From: Diadema antillarum
Taxonomy: Eukaryota
Assembly: GCF_040938485.1 (NCBI RefSeq)
Contig: NW_027270902.1
Span: 1,364,001 to 1,428,000 of the forward strand
DNA length: 64,000 nt
Reading direction: 5' to 3'
The stretch's first letter is position 1. Every line of letters starts with the position of its first letter. A program made the position numbers and the translations under genes. Shown here in pieces: positions 38,531 through 50,000 of this stretch. The notes beneath the pieces were generated by a model. It searched no databases, had not been told where the DNA came from, and saw only the letters and a program-made list of their open reading frames with translations.

Positions 38531-41500
38531 TTAATTCAAAATATGATTTAAGAATATAGCTCAAAAAAGAAATAATAAGTATTGAAGGAGACAACCTTGA
38601 CAGTGAGGTTGGATACAAGAATCTGCCTTACAGTACCACAAGGGAATTCATCAGGTCCCATATAACCTTGCATGCTAACCTATGGGAAACTGAAGTTTCT
38701 TTTCTTACTCTCATTCGGACAGCTGCAATGAGCTGTGCAGAATAGAAGCAGAGCTCCACTTTCTACATATTGAACATAATTCAAGTTTTTTTAAACACAT
38801 ATGCGATGCATGAAAATAACATGATCCTACATGAGTTCCTTCTGATCATGGAAATGCTTGATTTGATGATGACTTACTGTACACAAAGAAGGAGATAATA
38901 ACTTACCAATAAATGAATCTTGGGGAGATGACAAAAACAGGGCTCTCCTCACTGACATATTCTCACCAACTTGACCGATGGTCAAAGCTGTTGAGTCTTC
39001 CACAGTCTTGTTGTTTTCATCCACAAGAGTCTTCAGATCATCTCTTCCTAAAGAAATCTATAGAGGAACCAAAAATGCATTATCACACAATGATAGATGA
39101 ATATTTATACCATTGCATCAAACACTTTTATTTCTTGGTTACAGTGGCAGATAATCAAGATTGACCATTAAATTTATTTGAGAATACAAAAATTTAAAAT
39201 AACAAACTTTAAATTGATTACATTCATAAAACATGCTGGTTGAACAAAACAACTCACTGAACCACCTTGAAATTGAAAACTTCTCAATCATGATTAAATT
39301 GACAATACCAGTATTACATACTGGTGCTTGGCATGAGCACTAACACCTTTAGAGTGTATGACAGTATGGCTTTACCTCACAAGGGTAGCTCACTTTTACT
39401 CACTTTGACTATTTCTTGGTTGGAACTCTTCTCTCTTTGGCTGGCTAGAGTTGTGGCAGCAACATGGCTAACAAGGTGCTGGAATTTGGAATTTCGAGCG
39501 ACAAAGTCAGTCTCACAGTTCACCTGTGAAGTAGGATAGAAAGTCAAATGTAAAACTAGAGAATAACTTAGAATCACAAACACAACTAAACTTTGTGACT
39601 CACATTCTATAACACAGTAACATTTCAAGGAGAATGAAATCCAAACATCATACATACAGAGACTCCAACCCAAAGCACCTTTTGATCTGGAGATTCTCCC
39701 GCCTGAAACCCCTAGCAAACGGGAGACTCCAAGTTGATGTGTGCGAAGCGCGAAGTTCCTAGGGTTCTAGATGCTCTCTGGTGCTATCTAAGGCTTATTT
39801 TTTCAACATACAATAGCAATAGGTAAGAAATCCTTTCCAACGGGAGACACAGAGCCAGGGCGGGTGAAATTAAATCTCAAACGGGAGAACGGGAAATTTT
39901 GCAAAAATGGGTTTTCGGCGGGAGATCTCCCGTCGAAAACGGGAGAGTTGGAGTCTCCAGGCTGTGATGTCGAGCATGGACAACCATTTACAGAAAATAT
40001 AAAGAAAAATCACCATATTTTCACTTTTTATGCCTCCGCCAACGAAGTGGCCGGAGGCATTATTTTAGTATAAAATCAAACAGCACTTGACTTACCTCTT
40101 TAAGAAAGCAAGGGGGGGAAATATTATCCTTTACATATAATGTTCATCAGCAGCAAGTCAAGGAAATGTGTACTTTTAATGACAAATGAAATTTTGTGGA
40201 ATTCGCTTATATATTCTTTATATTATTGTCCTTCAGTGACATCACAAACTGTTGTAGCCTTCTCATCAAGTGATGGCAATGGTGACTCTTTTCAACTGAT
40301 TGTCAGATTTGCCCCAATCTTCATTGATGTGTTTAACTAATATTGCTGCATTCACTTAATCAACAAACCACATATTTCGGTTTCATTCCTCTTTAGTGAA
40401 CTCTCTGCCACATGAGTTAAAATCAATAACTGAGGTAATTTGGTAATTATGAAAGCATCTTGCTTGCTATATGCAAGAATAGAGTCTTTACTATCTAAGC
40501 TGGGAAGAAATGACACTAGCTTTGAAACTTGAAACACTGACAAGACAACATCACATAGTTTCTAAATGAAGCAGCCGAGCTCACCTCTACCATGACAGCT
40601 GCATTGTCTTGACACAAGACTCCGATCAAACCCTGGGCTGTCACTCGTCCTTGAAGCTTGGTGGCCTTACTCCAGCCTTCCTTCTGGGCCTGCTCTCTCA
40701 ACCAAACCTCAGCCTGAAAGAAAATCAAAAATATTTAAGTGCTGTACCTGTCCATTGTCCTGGAAACACATACTCATGACATGTTTAAGGTTATTAGATA
40801 GTGATAAGATATATGATTAGAATATTCATGAACAAGAAAGCAAATCTAAGAGCACAGACCTCTGCCGAGCAGCTCATTTCCACCAATGATCTAGATCAGT
40901 TGTGCTTCCGCAAGAGATCTGTGATTTCCACTCATAATGCATGCATGCTAAAAATTGCCCATTTTCCCAATATAGAAGCCCTTTGTTTACATCACAAGCT
41001 TCCAGCTGCAGGGTGCCTCATCCAAGTAGAGAATGCATTGTAGAGTGTGTATACATGCAAACCCCAAATATGAGCAGCTTGAACGCCCAAGTTCAATGAC
41101 ACTATTTGTCAAAAGATTACAAATTCCTAGACCAGTACCAAAACTCTATAATCTGTTCCCCCTGTCATTATCAACTTTTCCTGAAGGTTTCGGGCAAATC
41201 TGTTCATAACTTTTTGAGTTATTTTATATACAAACAAACAAAAAAATGAATGCTGGCAAAAAAATTACCAAAAAAAAAAATAACATAAAACATAACCTCC
41301 TTGGCAGAGGTAATTAACTGGAGGTACCGGTACATGAACACTTTATTTGCAGTTCACATTGTCACTTTTATAATTTCTCTCTGAAAAAAAAAAGGGAATC
41401 TCTATGCAAATTCATTTAAATAATAAACATCATATAATAGAAACAAATCTTCACAATCAAAACAAAGAAAGTGACATACAGACATATGTAATCAGATAAT

Positions 41501-43534
41501 TGATTGTGGAAAAGTATGGCACCTTTTCAACATCATTGTCAAATTTCTCCAGGGCTTTCCTGCAGTTGACAAAGCTGAATCCAGTTTTCTTCCTCAACTT
41601 TGCCAAATTAGCCTTGCTGCTTGACACTGCGGTAGCAGCTACCAGCTTTAGCAGACTGGATGTGTGGAGATGTCTCACTGCTACACATAATGACAAGCCT
41701 GCAGAACAATAGGAGGAGGCAGGAACAAAGCAAGAGGTGAAAAACAACAAACAACAAACAAACAAAATACATCTCAACTGGATAATAGGCAGTGATCATT
41801 GAAACTTAGGCAATCCTGGGTTTTAGGGGGCTGAATTATTTTAGGCTTCTGAACCTCAGCACAGCCATATCCACATGTACCCCACTAAAATTGAAGAAAA
41901 AAAAATAAGTGATATGTTTCACAGCAGTACTTAGTTTAATAGTGCCCAGTATGTTTTTATCTGTTTCTACTATATATAGGTGGCTTTATGGTTTACTAAG
42001 CTATGGTTGGGGTTAGGTTAGGGGCTGTGCTGAAGTTAGAAGCCTAAAAATGAGTTAAATAATAATTTTCAGCCATCCCCCCCCCCCAAAAAAAAAAAAC
42101 ACACACACACACACACACAAAAAAAAGGGGGGGGGGGTCCAGGCACTGACGAGGCAGGGACTGCCCTGAAAAAGGGCTAACACGTTAGAATTAAATTTAT
42201 AAATTTGGGATTACCCAACATTGGCAACAAAGCCAAAAAGATGTCTGGTTCTGGTTCTGGTTGTGTACAGTGCAGGACCGTTGTGGTATAGTGCACCGGA
42301 GAGAGAGAGGGCTGATGAAGATTACTGGTACTGAAGAAACTGGTCCCCGGGCCGACTGCAGCCTTGAAGATTGCTACTGTTTGGGAAGTTGCTATGGTGT
42401 CTGGAAGATGATTCCAGTCCACCGTTGTCTTACCAAAAAAAAGAGTAGTTATACTGATCTGTGTTTGAACTTTCAACAACAAAACACTTACTATGATTTG
42501 TGACTTGCCTTTCTACTAGGTTGTCTGCCTCAAACCCAGTAAATTTCTTTGCTTTGATTTGTCTTTTTGGTCGTATAGGTCTGAGAAAATTATTTACAGG
42601 GAGGGCTGGTACCAACCCCCCGACCACTTTGAAGTAGGAAGATAGTCTTGCGCATCTCCGCCTCGATGCTAATGTGTGAAGGTCAAGATTGGTCAGCATC
42701 TGCGTCATACTTCCTGGGTCTCTCGACTGGTAGTCTCCAGTGATGAAACGGCCCTTAACGGGCTCCTCTTCTCCTCGTCTCTGACTCTAGCTCTCATATG
42801 CCACATTTTAGCTTAATAATATAACTCCATTTTCATGTGAAGTAAATTAAATATCGCTATATCAACAAGGTTTCCATTCTGACCGAAGGTTAATCATGGC
42901 ATGTTGGTTTTCTTGTAGGCACTGCCTTTATTGTATTGTTGTGTTTGGTTGTTTTGGACCACAACAGTGCAGCGCAGCGGGTGTTCCCCCAAACATAGAT
43001 CCAAGCATGTGGGACTATGTGTACAGCTATACATAACTTCACCATATGAAATGGATATTTCGATATTCGCGGGTGCATCGGCTCGTGTATGATAATTTTT
43101 TGTCGCTATATATATCTGGTGCAATAATTCTGAAATCACAATACGTAAAAGGTAACGAAACTGGCTATCAACGTACCTTTTATGATGAGCATTGCGGTCT
43201 CCCAAGCAGATCTAACGTTACATGTGATGTGCCTGACGAAAACGTGTGTGATGAATCCACAATACGCAAAAGGATGAATCAAGAGACCATTCACAGCGCC
43301 AGCTAGCGGTGTATGCATGCCATGTACACAACGCTGCCTGCACTGTGGGCTGAGATCACATAGCCACTGTAGTAGCTCAGCGGTGGGCGCCAGCCCGCCG
43401 GCCGAGCCCCCGGTGCCGCTCGCTAGAGGTAGGTAGGGTTGGGGGTACCACGTATCGACACCCTAAGGATCTGTAGCTTGTTTATTCTAAAAATATAATA
43501 CAAATCCGCCTAATTCTTACCTCAAATATGCCAT
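36490..43534 (-). CDS. TSFM: Mitochondrial translation elongation factor Ts, 356 aa. Exons 43534-43521, 43232-43177, 41698-41523, 40713-40585, 39523-39404, 39057-38907, 38314-38105, 36704-36490
   Basis: Joined translation includes [20 protein letters not shown] (UBA-like N-domain), [23 protein letters not shown]-like [18 protein letters not shown] (EF-Ts signature), [30 protein letters not shown] and [11 protein letters not shown]...FVRYECGE. All junctions are GT-AG and phase-consistent. The first two short exons (MAYLR / [19 protein letters not shown]) are less certain, but they were the best phase-compatible pair found and give a presequence-like N-terminus with RHLHTS. Confidence 0.95.
36747..36835 (+). 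mobile_element. Decayed copy of the 93-bp MITE
   Basis: ttaacctgttgaagacgagtccc...ggcaggtgtct.tgggaaat...gcaaaatca; the right TIR is eroded. Confidence 0.65.
36891..37660. mobile_element. piggyBac-type non-autonomous element (770 bp including TTAA sites) in the last TSFM intron
   Basis: TTAA-CCCTAACTAGGCCGGG ... CCCGGCCTAGTTAGGG-TTAA: perfect 16-bp TIR with TTAA target duplication. Confidence 0.9.
38474..38512. repeat. (AT)n microsatellite
   Basis: Direct inspection. Confidence 0.95.
39657..39959 (+). mobile_element. ~300-bp MITE with CAGAGACTCCAAC termini, copy 1
   Basis: TIR cagagactccaac / gttggagtctcca. Near-identical reverse copy at 56738-57040. Confidence 0.85.
41090..41317 (-). mobile_element. 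Possible Helentron-associated (HINE-like) fragment
   Basis: The minus strand begins ttaattacctctgccaaggaggttatgtttt, a terminal hairpin motif I recognise from HINE-type repeats. Confidence 0.35.
41822..42080. mobile_element. Decayed MITE-like inverted repeat
   Basis: ttttaggcttctgaacctcagcacagcc mirrors ggctgtgctgaagttagaagcctaaaa. Confidence 0.55.
42244..42800 (-). mobile_element. 5'-truncated non-LTR retrotransposon (LINE) 3' fragment in TSFM intron 2
   Basis: Minus frames read [48 protein letters not shown]...YNYSFF / [11 protein letters not shown]...FK. This is the typical post-RT C-terminus of LINE ORF2, frameshifted at a T run and ending in a (CCAGAA)n tail. Confidence 0.85.
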
Positions 43535-44014
43535 AAATACTGCAGTTTTGAATGTCGTGACCGTCTCGTTGATTATGAATCTCCGTTTTAAAATAGCGCA
43601 ATTTTAGTGCGTGCGTTCCGTTTTCTTCGCGCAGCTAAAAAGGGAACCTTGCGATCGACACCCCCTCTCCTCCATAGGTATACACGTGAATTTCACAGCA
43701 TAGGTATACACGTGAATTTCACAGGCCATAGGTAATACACGTGAATTTCACAGCCATGCGTCGTTACTGATCGGATGTGTAATTTTTAGCTTGGTTTGTT
43801 TGAGTTTGATTTTCGTTTCTTCGTTTTTATTGTTTTTATAGCTAATGACACTTAATCCCGCGCGTACTTTTTTGTTCTATACGCAAACAGCCATGATACG
43901 CAGGGTGTCGATGGGAAGGTGCCCTGTCGATAGGTGGTGCCCCAACCATACTCGCTGAGGTATACTCCTCCACCGAAAACCGCGATTGTACTCAGCTCTC
44001 AGACAGGAGCAATC
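43535..44014. promoter_or_regulatory. Bidirectional promoter shared by TSFM (-) and ACAD11 (+)
   Basis: The two start codons diverge 480 bp apart. The interval is CpG-rich relative to its flanks and contains three CACGTG E-boxes. Confidence 0.75.
43673..43753. repeat. Three tandem ~26-bp units CATAGGTATACACGTGAATTTCACAG
   Basis: Units at 43673-43698, 43699-43724 and 43727-43753 (third has one extra A). Each contains CACGTG and the odd palindrome GTGAA-T-TTCAC. Confidence 0.9.
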
Positions 44015-47000
44015 ATGGCAGTAGACGCAAGCAAAGTTCGGAAGCAGCATCGCTTCGACGAAGACAGTCTCCATGAATATCTTAAGAAGAACGTCTACAA
44101 CTTTCCTGGAGGGCCATCGAAGCTCACAGTACTGCAGTACCGGTAAGGCAGTTGTGACTAATTCTTGTAAAATATCGTAGTATTTAATCTATGAGTATGA
44201 ATCGGCTGCTGCGAGTCTGACGAGACCCACATCCACAGGCACAGCCCAAGGTGGAGCCACACAACCCACCAGCCAGCGCCAGGTCAGGTTACATTGTAGC
44301 TAGAGCCAAGAGAGCTGACACTTGCACGATTCTGTGGCACGCATTCGTGCCAGTGCAGTGCGCAAACTAGTCGTAAACTGGCGTGAAGTGTGCGTATTAA
44401 AACCCGTCGTGACTGCGTGCCATGTCGGGACGAGAATTTTGAAATTGTGGAGGATTTTAACTACCAATATATTAATACAGAATGTATAATTCTTGCGTGT
44501 ATTAGTATTACCTCCAAAAATTACTTTACCAGAGATCGGTTGAGACAACACAAAGACAAATGTAAACAAAAGGAATTAATTAAATAATCAATTATTCTTT
44601 TATTATTCAAAAAATGAAATATTAAACTCTTTAGTGAATTTCTTATTGGGAACTTGAAATTATATTTGTTTGAAATCAATGACAAGAAAATAAGGATTTG
44701 ATGATTATATTGGGATCAGAAATAAATCTAATATACACGTATACACTCTCTTTGATTATAAACAACTTCAATATATATACACTCGTCAAGTTAGATTACG
44801 GGTACTTTGAACTGTAACGTTAGAGGATGCTTGCCAGTGCGCGCCATGCCACGACTGTCACGAACTGTCACGAATAGTTCACGAATAGCTCACGTTGAGT
44901 TCACGAGTAGTTCACGAATTGGTGCGCATCGCAGCGTGGCCGTGCCTTCCCACTGACACGGTCACGTGTACTTCACGTATTGATGGCACAAGCATTTCAC
45001 GACTAGTTTACGCACTTCACGAACAGTTTGCGCATGGCACGAGCAGTTCACGACTACTGCGCGACAGTGGCGCTTGCGTTGGTGCGGGGACTTATAGGGC
45101 TTCCTGGACACTGCTTGCTATTCCACCCGGAGATCGCCAGTGAAGAGACAACGATGACCAGGGTTGGGGAGGCCCCCTTTTTATATGGCGTGCCCAAGTC
45201 GGCATGACTATGTGCAAACTATGAGCAAACTATGCATGAACTCGTCGTGCCAGTTCGTGTCAATGTGGACACTGATGGGCAAGCATTCGTGAACTCATCG
45301 TGAAGTAGTCGTGAACAGTGCGGGAGCCTCCCAGTTCGTGCCCCAAAATGGCACGACTTGCCACGACAAAATCGTGGCCAAAAGTCGTGCAAGTGTCAGC
45401 CTAGCTTTAATAGTAAGCTAGGTGGTAGTCGTGCACTCGTATTGTATCAAAGCCCAATTCCAAGGGCTCACTCTGGTGCTTCCTGGTCGTTGGACGCCGT
45501 AAAGTTGTACTCCTGAACGAAACTAAAGTGCTTTTTAGTGTTAAAATTGTTTTATGTGTTGTGTGTAGAGTAGCCTACTAATGTCGTTTGCCTCTTTTTT
45601 TTTTGGGGGGGGGGGGGGGGGGAGTGCTCGTGCACTCAGCCTCCAAAGCTCCATGTAAACCGTGATTGTACTGTTGAAATTGGAAACCATCCTGCTTCTG
45701 TCAGTCTTGTTATTGTCATCATTATTATGATTATCACCGTCATTAGTGTTATTGATATTAGTATCAGTACTAACCCCGGTGCGGGGCGCTGTAACAACGT
45801 ATTGGGGTCACTGGTGCGGTTATATCAGTACCGGGTACTATCATACGCATGCAGTTGCAACTTATTAGGGACCTACAGTGTCTTATTAATTTTTATTTGA
45901 TATTTAGTACACATGTCATTTATTGTTATGATAATTTTTATTAAATTTAAAGGGATGGTGCAGTTGTGGTTGATGTGGGACTTCTTTCATGCTTCAGGTT
46001 GCCAACGTTTTTTGATGATGATTTTTGAGATAATGAGAAATTTCTTTTCGAATGAAATGTGGCAGACCACATAATTCTATAATAAGAAGACTAAGAGGAA
46101 TTCGAAGTTTATTTGATGAAAATTGGTTTTGAAATGGCTGAGATATCCAAAACTGAGCGATTCTAATAAAAGGTGGGACCCACTTTACATCACATTTGTT
46201 TTGTTTTACTACGGTACTTTGTGTTTGGACATTAGTCATTTCAAAACTGATTTTCATCTGAAAATAAATTCTGAATTCCTCTTAGAATTGTATACTCTTT
46301 AACATTTCATAGAGTGGTTTCTAAGTATCTCGTAAAAAGTTAAAAGCTGAATTCTCACCTTATCCAATACTATGCCATCCCTTTAATATTTTAGACCATC
46401 AATTTGATATAATGTGAAAGGATAATTGTTAGAAATGTTGCTATTCATAGCACTTAAAGACCATGTATTCCTTTTGCATATGTCACACAATTTTTGTGTG
46501 TTTAAAGACTAATAGTTTCCCAATATCATAGATATGTATGAAATCTTACTTGAATACACCTCGAATTAAAAAAAAAAAGAAATGCAAAAGTAACCCATGT
46601 CTCTGGAGAATTACAATGTATGCTCCCCTTTTATACCGAGAACAATGATTTTTTTCCAGGTCCAACAAAATTACCGGTAACCAGATATATACAATATTGT
46701 TTCCCAGAGCTACATCCTAAAGAGCTTTCAATTTTGTTCTGAAAAAGATCTACAAGTATGTATTAAAACCTACAATGTACAGTACCTCTACAATGACAGG
46801 AATCCAGTTTTTAGGGCTGCAACAACGACACACAAACTTAAAACCAATTTCAGTGCATTTACTTGACTTATACAGTTCACAAAAAGATATTCTGTGTATT
46901 ACATTGATATCACCATGATACTTTCAAGACTTTAGTTTTGCACTGTAGTTGTCACTGTAATAGTAAAATGCAAAAGTTATGAAAATTTTCAAACTGTACA

Positions 47001-50000
47001 ATATTCCAGGTTTTAGAGACTCAGTGTTGTGAGGGGTGGGACCAATTACATCATGTTCATGTGTATCATATGCCATAGAACTGATAAACATGTGGTACAG
47101 AGAGGAGCACTCTACAATGTATCTATGAACTGTTTGAGGACTTCTCACAGCATAGCATCAATGTGATTATTAATGGAATCTACTTACCTTTAAGGTTTGA
47201 TTTCTTTTTAATGGTTGAATGAGGTTGTATGGGTACCGATACCTACAGATTACATCAAATTTGTATTCTCAACACTACTTTGCACCTGCCTGGTTATGTT
47301 GTCTTTTGACCTGTGTTTTTGTAGGTCAGGTCAGTCCAATCCAACTTTCTATGTAAACAAAGATGGAAGAGAACTTGTGATGAGGAAGAAGCCACCAGGA
47401 AGACTTCTTAAAGGGGCTCATCAGGTAAGAATATTGAGGATTGGGTCATAGAGTTACAATCTACTGTTTAGTTTCATTGTATAGAAATATTCATTCAAAA
47501 CATATGTAATAATGATAATATATTGATGTATTACATATATTTTTATATAATTTTCTTTTCTTGTCATCTGCAACAAGCAACACAGCCTGTCACAAATGCT
47601 TAGTCTTCAATAGCAACAGGAGTGACAGTAAAATTATTTGTATTTTTTCAGAGAATGAATGTTGGCAGTTAAACAAGTTCTGGTAAAATCATATCTTTGG
47701 AGCTGGAGTTAACTGCAGATTCAAGGAAGGTGTAATTCATATGGGGATAGAACATAGTACACAGGCAGTCTTTCATATTTTTTCTTGGTTTATGCGTTTT
47801 CTAATTCATGTTGTGATTTTCTATTGTTTCTAAACCATTACTGAGTTTTGAGAAGAAAGTGAAGAAATACTAGTAGGCAAAATTGCAGACAGTAGCCAAG
47901 GGGACCATTGAGTGATTTCAATGGTCAAAATCTTCTTTTTCCTCTTTACTTCCTGAGATAAATTTGCAATCCTTAAGGAACTGATAGAACACAATTTAAG
48001 AAGTCAGTGCAAGGGAAGAATAACCTTAGGTATTAGAGTTGAATACAAGGTCAAGTTCAATTACAAGTTAGGTACAATCTGTTCTTCACATAGTTCCTGT
48101 CAATTCATTTTCCATTTATTTTCTCCAATCAGAAATTTATTCACAATGCATCACAAATTAAAAAAAAAAAAAAGTTTGCATACTTCTTTTTGCTTTGAGT
48201 GAAAGACAAAGTACCAGTACTGTCAAATTTATGTTTTGTTTTCAGTGAAGACAAACTAAGTGTCCAAACTAGATTTGTAGTAGTAGAACATTTCTGATGA
48301 TCCTTGTGTGTACACTTCCTGCATATGCATAAGTTGCATTGCTTTTAGAAGAGTTTACAAATAGTTGACCCTCATTTTAGTCATGTCTTAATATCAGAGT
48401 TTGAGATTGACTTCACACCCATACTCTTCTTTATCTTGAGGGGTTTTGCAAGGTTTAATAGTTTATGTGACATTTTAGGAGACAAAAAGTTTTGCTTGGG
48501 AAAGTATGTTGATATAAGAGTGATGTGAAATGTAAAAGGGATATCATTCTCCATTTTGAGCTTTATCAACCACGGATGCTAGAAGTGATATGTCATTTAT
48601 TAGTACCCATTATGTAATGTTCTAGTCTGCTGAATATCATAAACTATATTAAACTTGAGTTGTGAGTTAAAATGCTTCTTGATGTTGGATTAAATGTATG
48701 CATCACCATGACAATAGATAGATAGACTGCAAAAACTTTCACTGAACAATGAATTTTGCAAATGTTATGTTTTGCATCTTATGTCAGGTTGGCAGAGAGT
48801 ATCGTATACAGAGCGCCCTCTATGGGGCAGGATTCCCTGTTCCTAAGCCCTTGGCACACTGTGAGGATCCATCAGTCATTGGAACAGAGTTCTATGTCAT
48901 GGAACATGTCAGGGTGAGTCATAGTTTGGGTGTGCTCCCTGCAAACTGGCCAGTTCCAGCAGCCGCTTTATCTGGAAGATTGATGCAATAGTCTTCTCAT
49001 GTTCCCTCTTAGATCATTCATGATAAACATTCTGTGGCAGACTTCTGTGGTAGGATGACCCCATAGTGTTCTGTTTGTCTAACAGATTTATTTAGATGAA
49101 AGGTGTTGTTTATTTCTTGCTGATAGGAATATGAGCTATTCTCGATGCAGATATTTTTCTCATTTTACTGATTTTCGTTTGTGCTTAATTTTGTATGCAG
49201 TGTCTCTTTCTCTTCCTCTTAACCCGTTGAGGATGAGTCCTGAGTATACTCAGGCAAGTTTCTATAGGAAATACCTGTTGCAGCAAAATCAGCCTATCCT
49301 CAACAGGTTAATGTTTGTCATATTCTTAGAGACCATTTCATTTTGTTTAGTCTGATTGTTGCTGTTTCGAATTGTGTCTCTGTTCTGTTCTGTGTATAAT
49401 AATTTCTCAATGAACCTTTCCGCTTCTCATCTCTTACTTAGGGGCGTATCTTCAGGGACCTCGCCCTGCTGGACCTTAGTCCAAATGAGAGGAGGGAGAT
49501 TTACTTTGCAATGATCAAGACCCTAGCACACCTTCACTCCCTAGACTACAGCAAACTTGGTCTCCATGGTTACGGCAAGGTTGGAGGTTTCTGCAGGCGA
49601 CAGGTAGGCCAGTGTTGCTAAGCAATGACTGACTGGTTGTTGTAGATACAGGTCTGTGTTGCAGACCGAAATTTTTTAGATTCTCTGTGCAGCCCAAGAT
49701 GTATCATGATTCCTTTATACCAGGGTGTACAAGAATGATACTCTTTCAAATGTATTGTTTGTTTTTTCTAAAGATGTTCTCATTTTTTCTACTTGCATAA
49801 GATGTAGCAGTACTTGAAGTTTGGACCAGGAGGCATAGACGATTAGAGTCTTCTTCTTCTTCTTCCTCTTTGTTGTATCCATCATCTACATATTTAATTA
49901 GATATATAGCAATTAGATATGCAATATTTTTACAAAAGAGTTACACTGCTTTCAGAAGATCAGTTCTATGTAGAACCTTGTATTGCTATGGAGAGAGAGA

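Noticed and set aside
43043-43129. 87-nt in-frame phase 1-1 cassette between TSFM exons 2 and 3
   Set aside because: It would need a 47-nt upstream intron, and it inserts an acidic, non-presequence-like peptide.
43673-43753. CRISPR-like or heat-shock-element interpretation of the short repeats
   Set aside because: The units abut with no spacers and the context is eukaryotic; GAA-T-TTC has one spacer base where an HSE needs two.
46640-46760. Possible poison exon in ACAD11 intron 1 (ttttttccag|gtccaac...)
   Set aside because: Splice-like signals of this quality are common in AT-rich introns, and there is no independent support.
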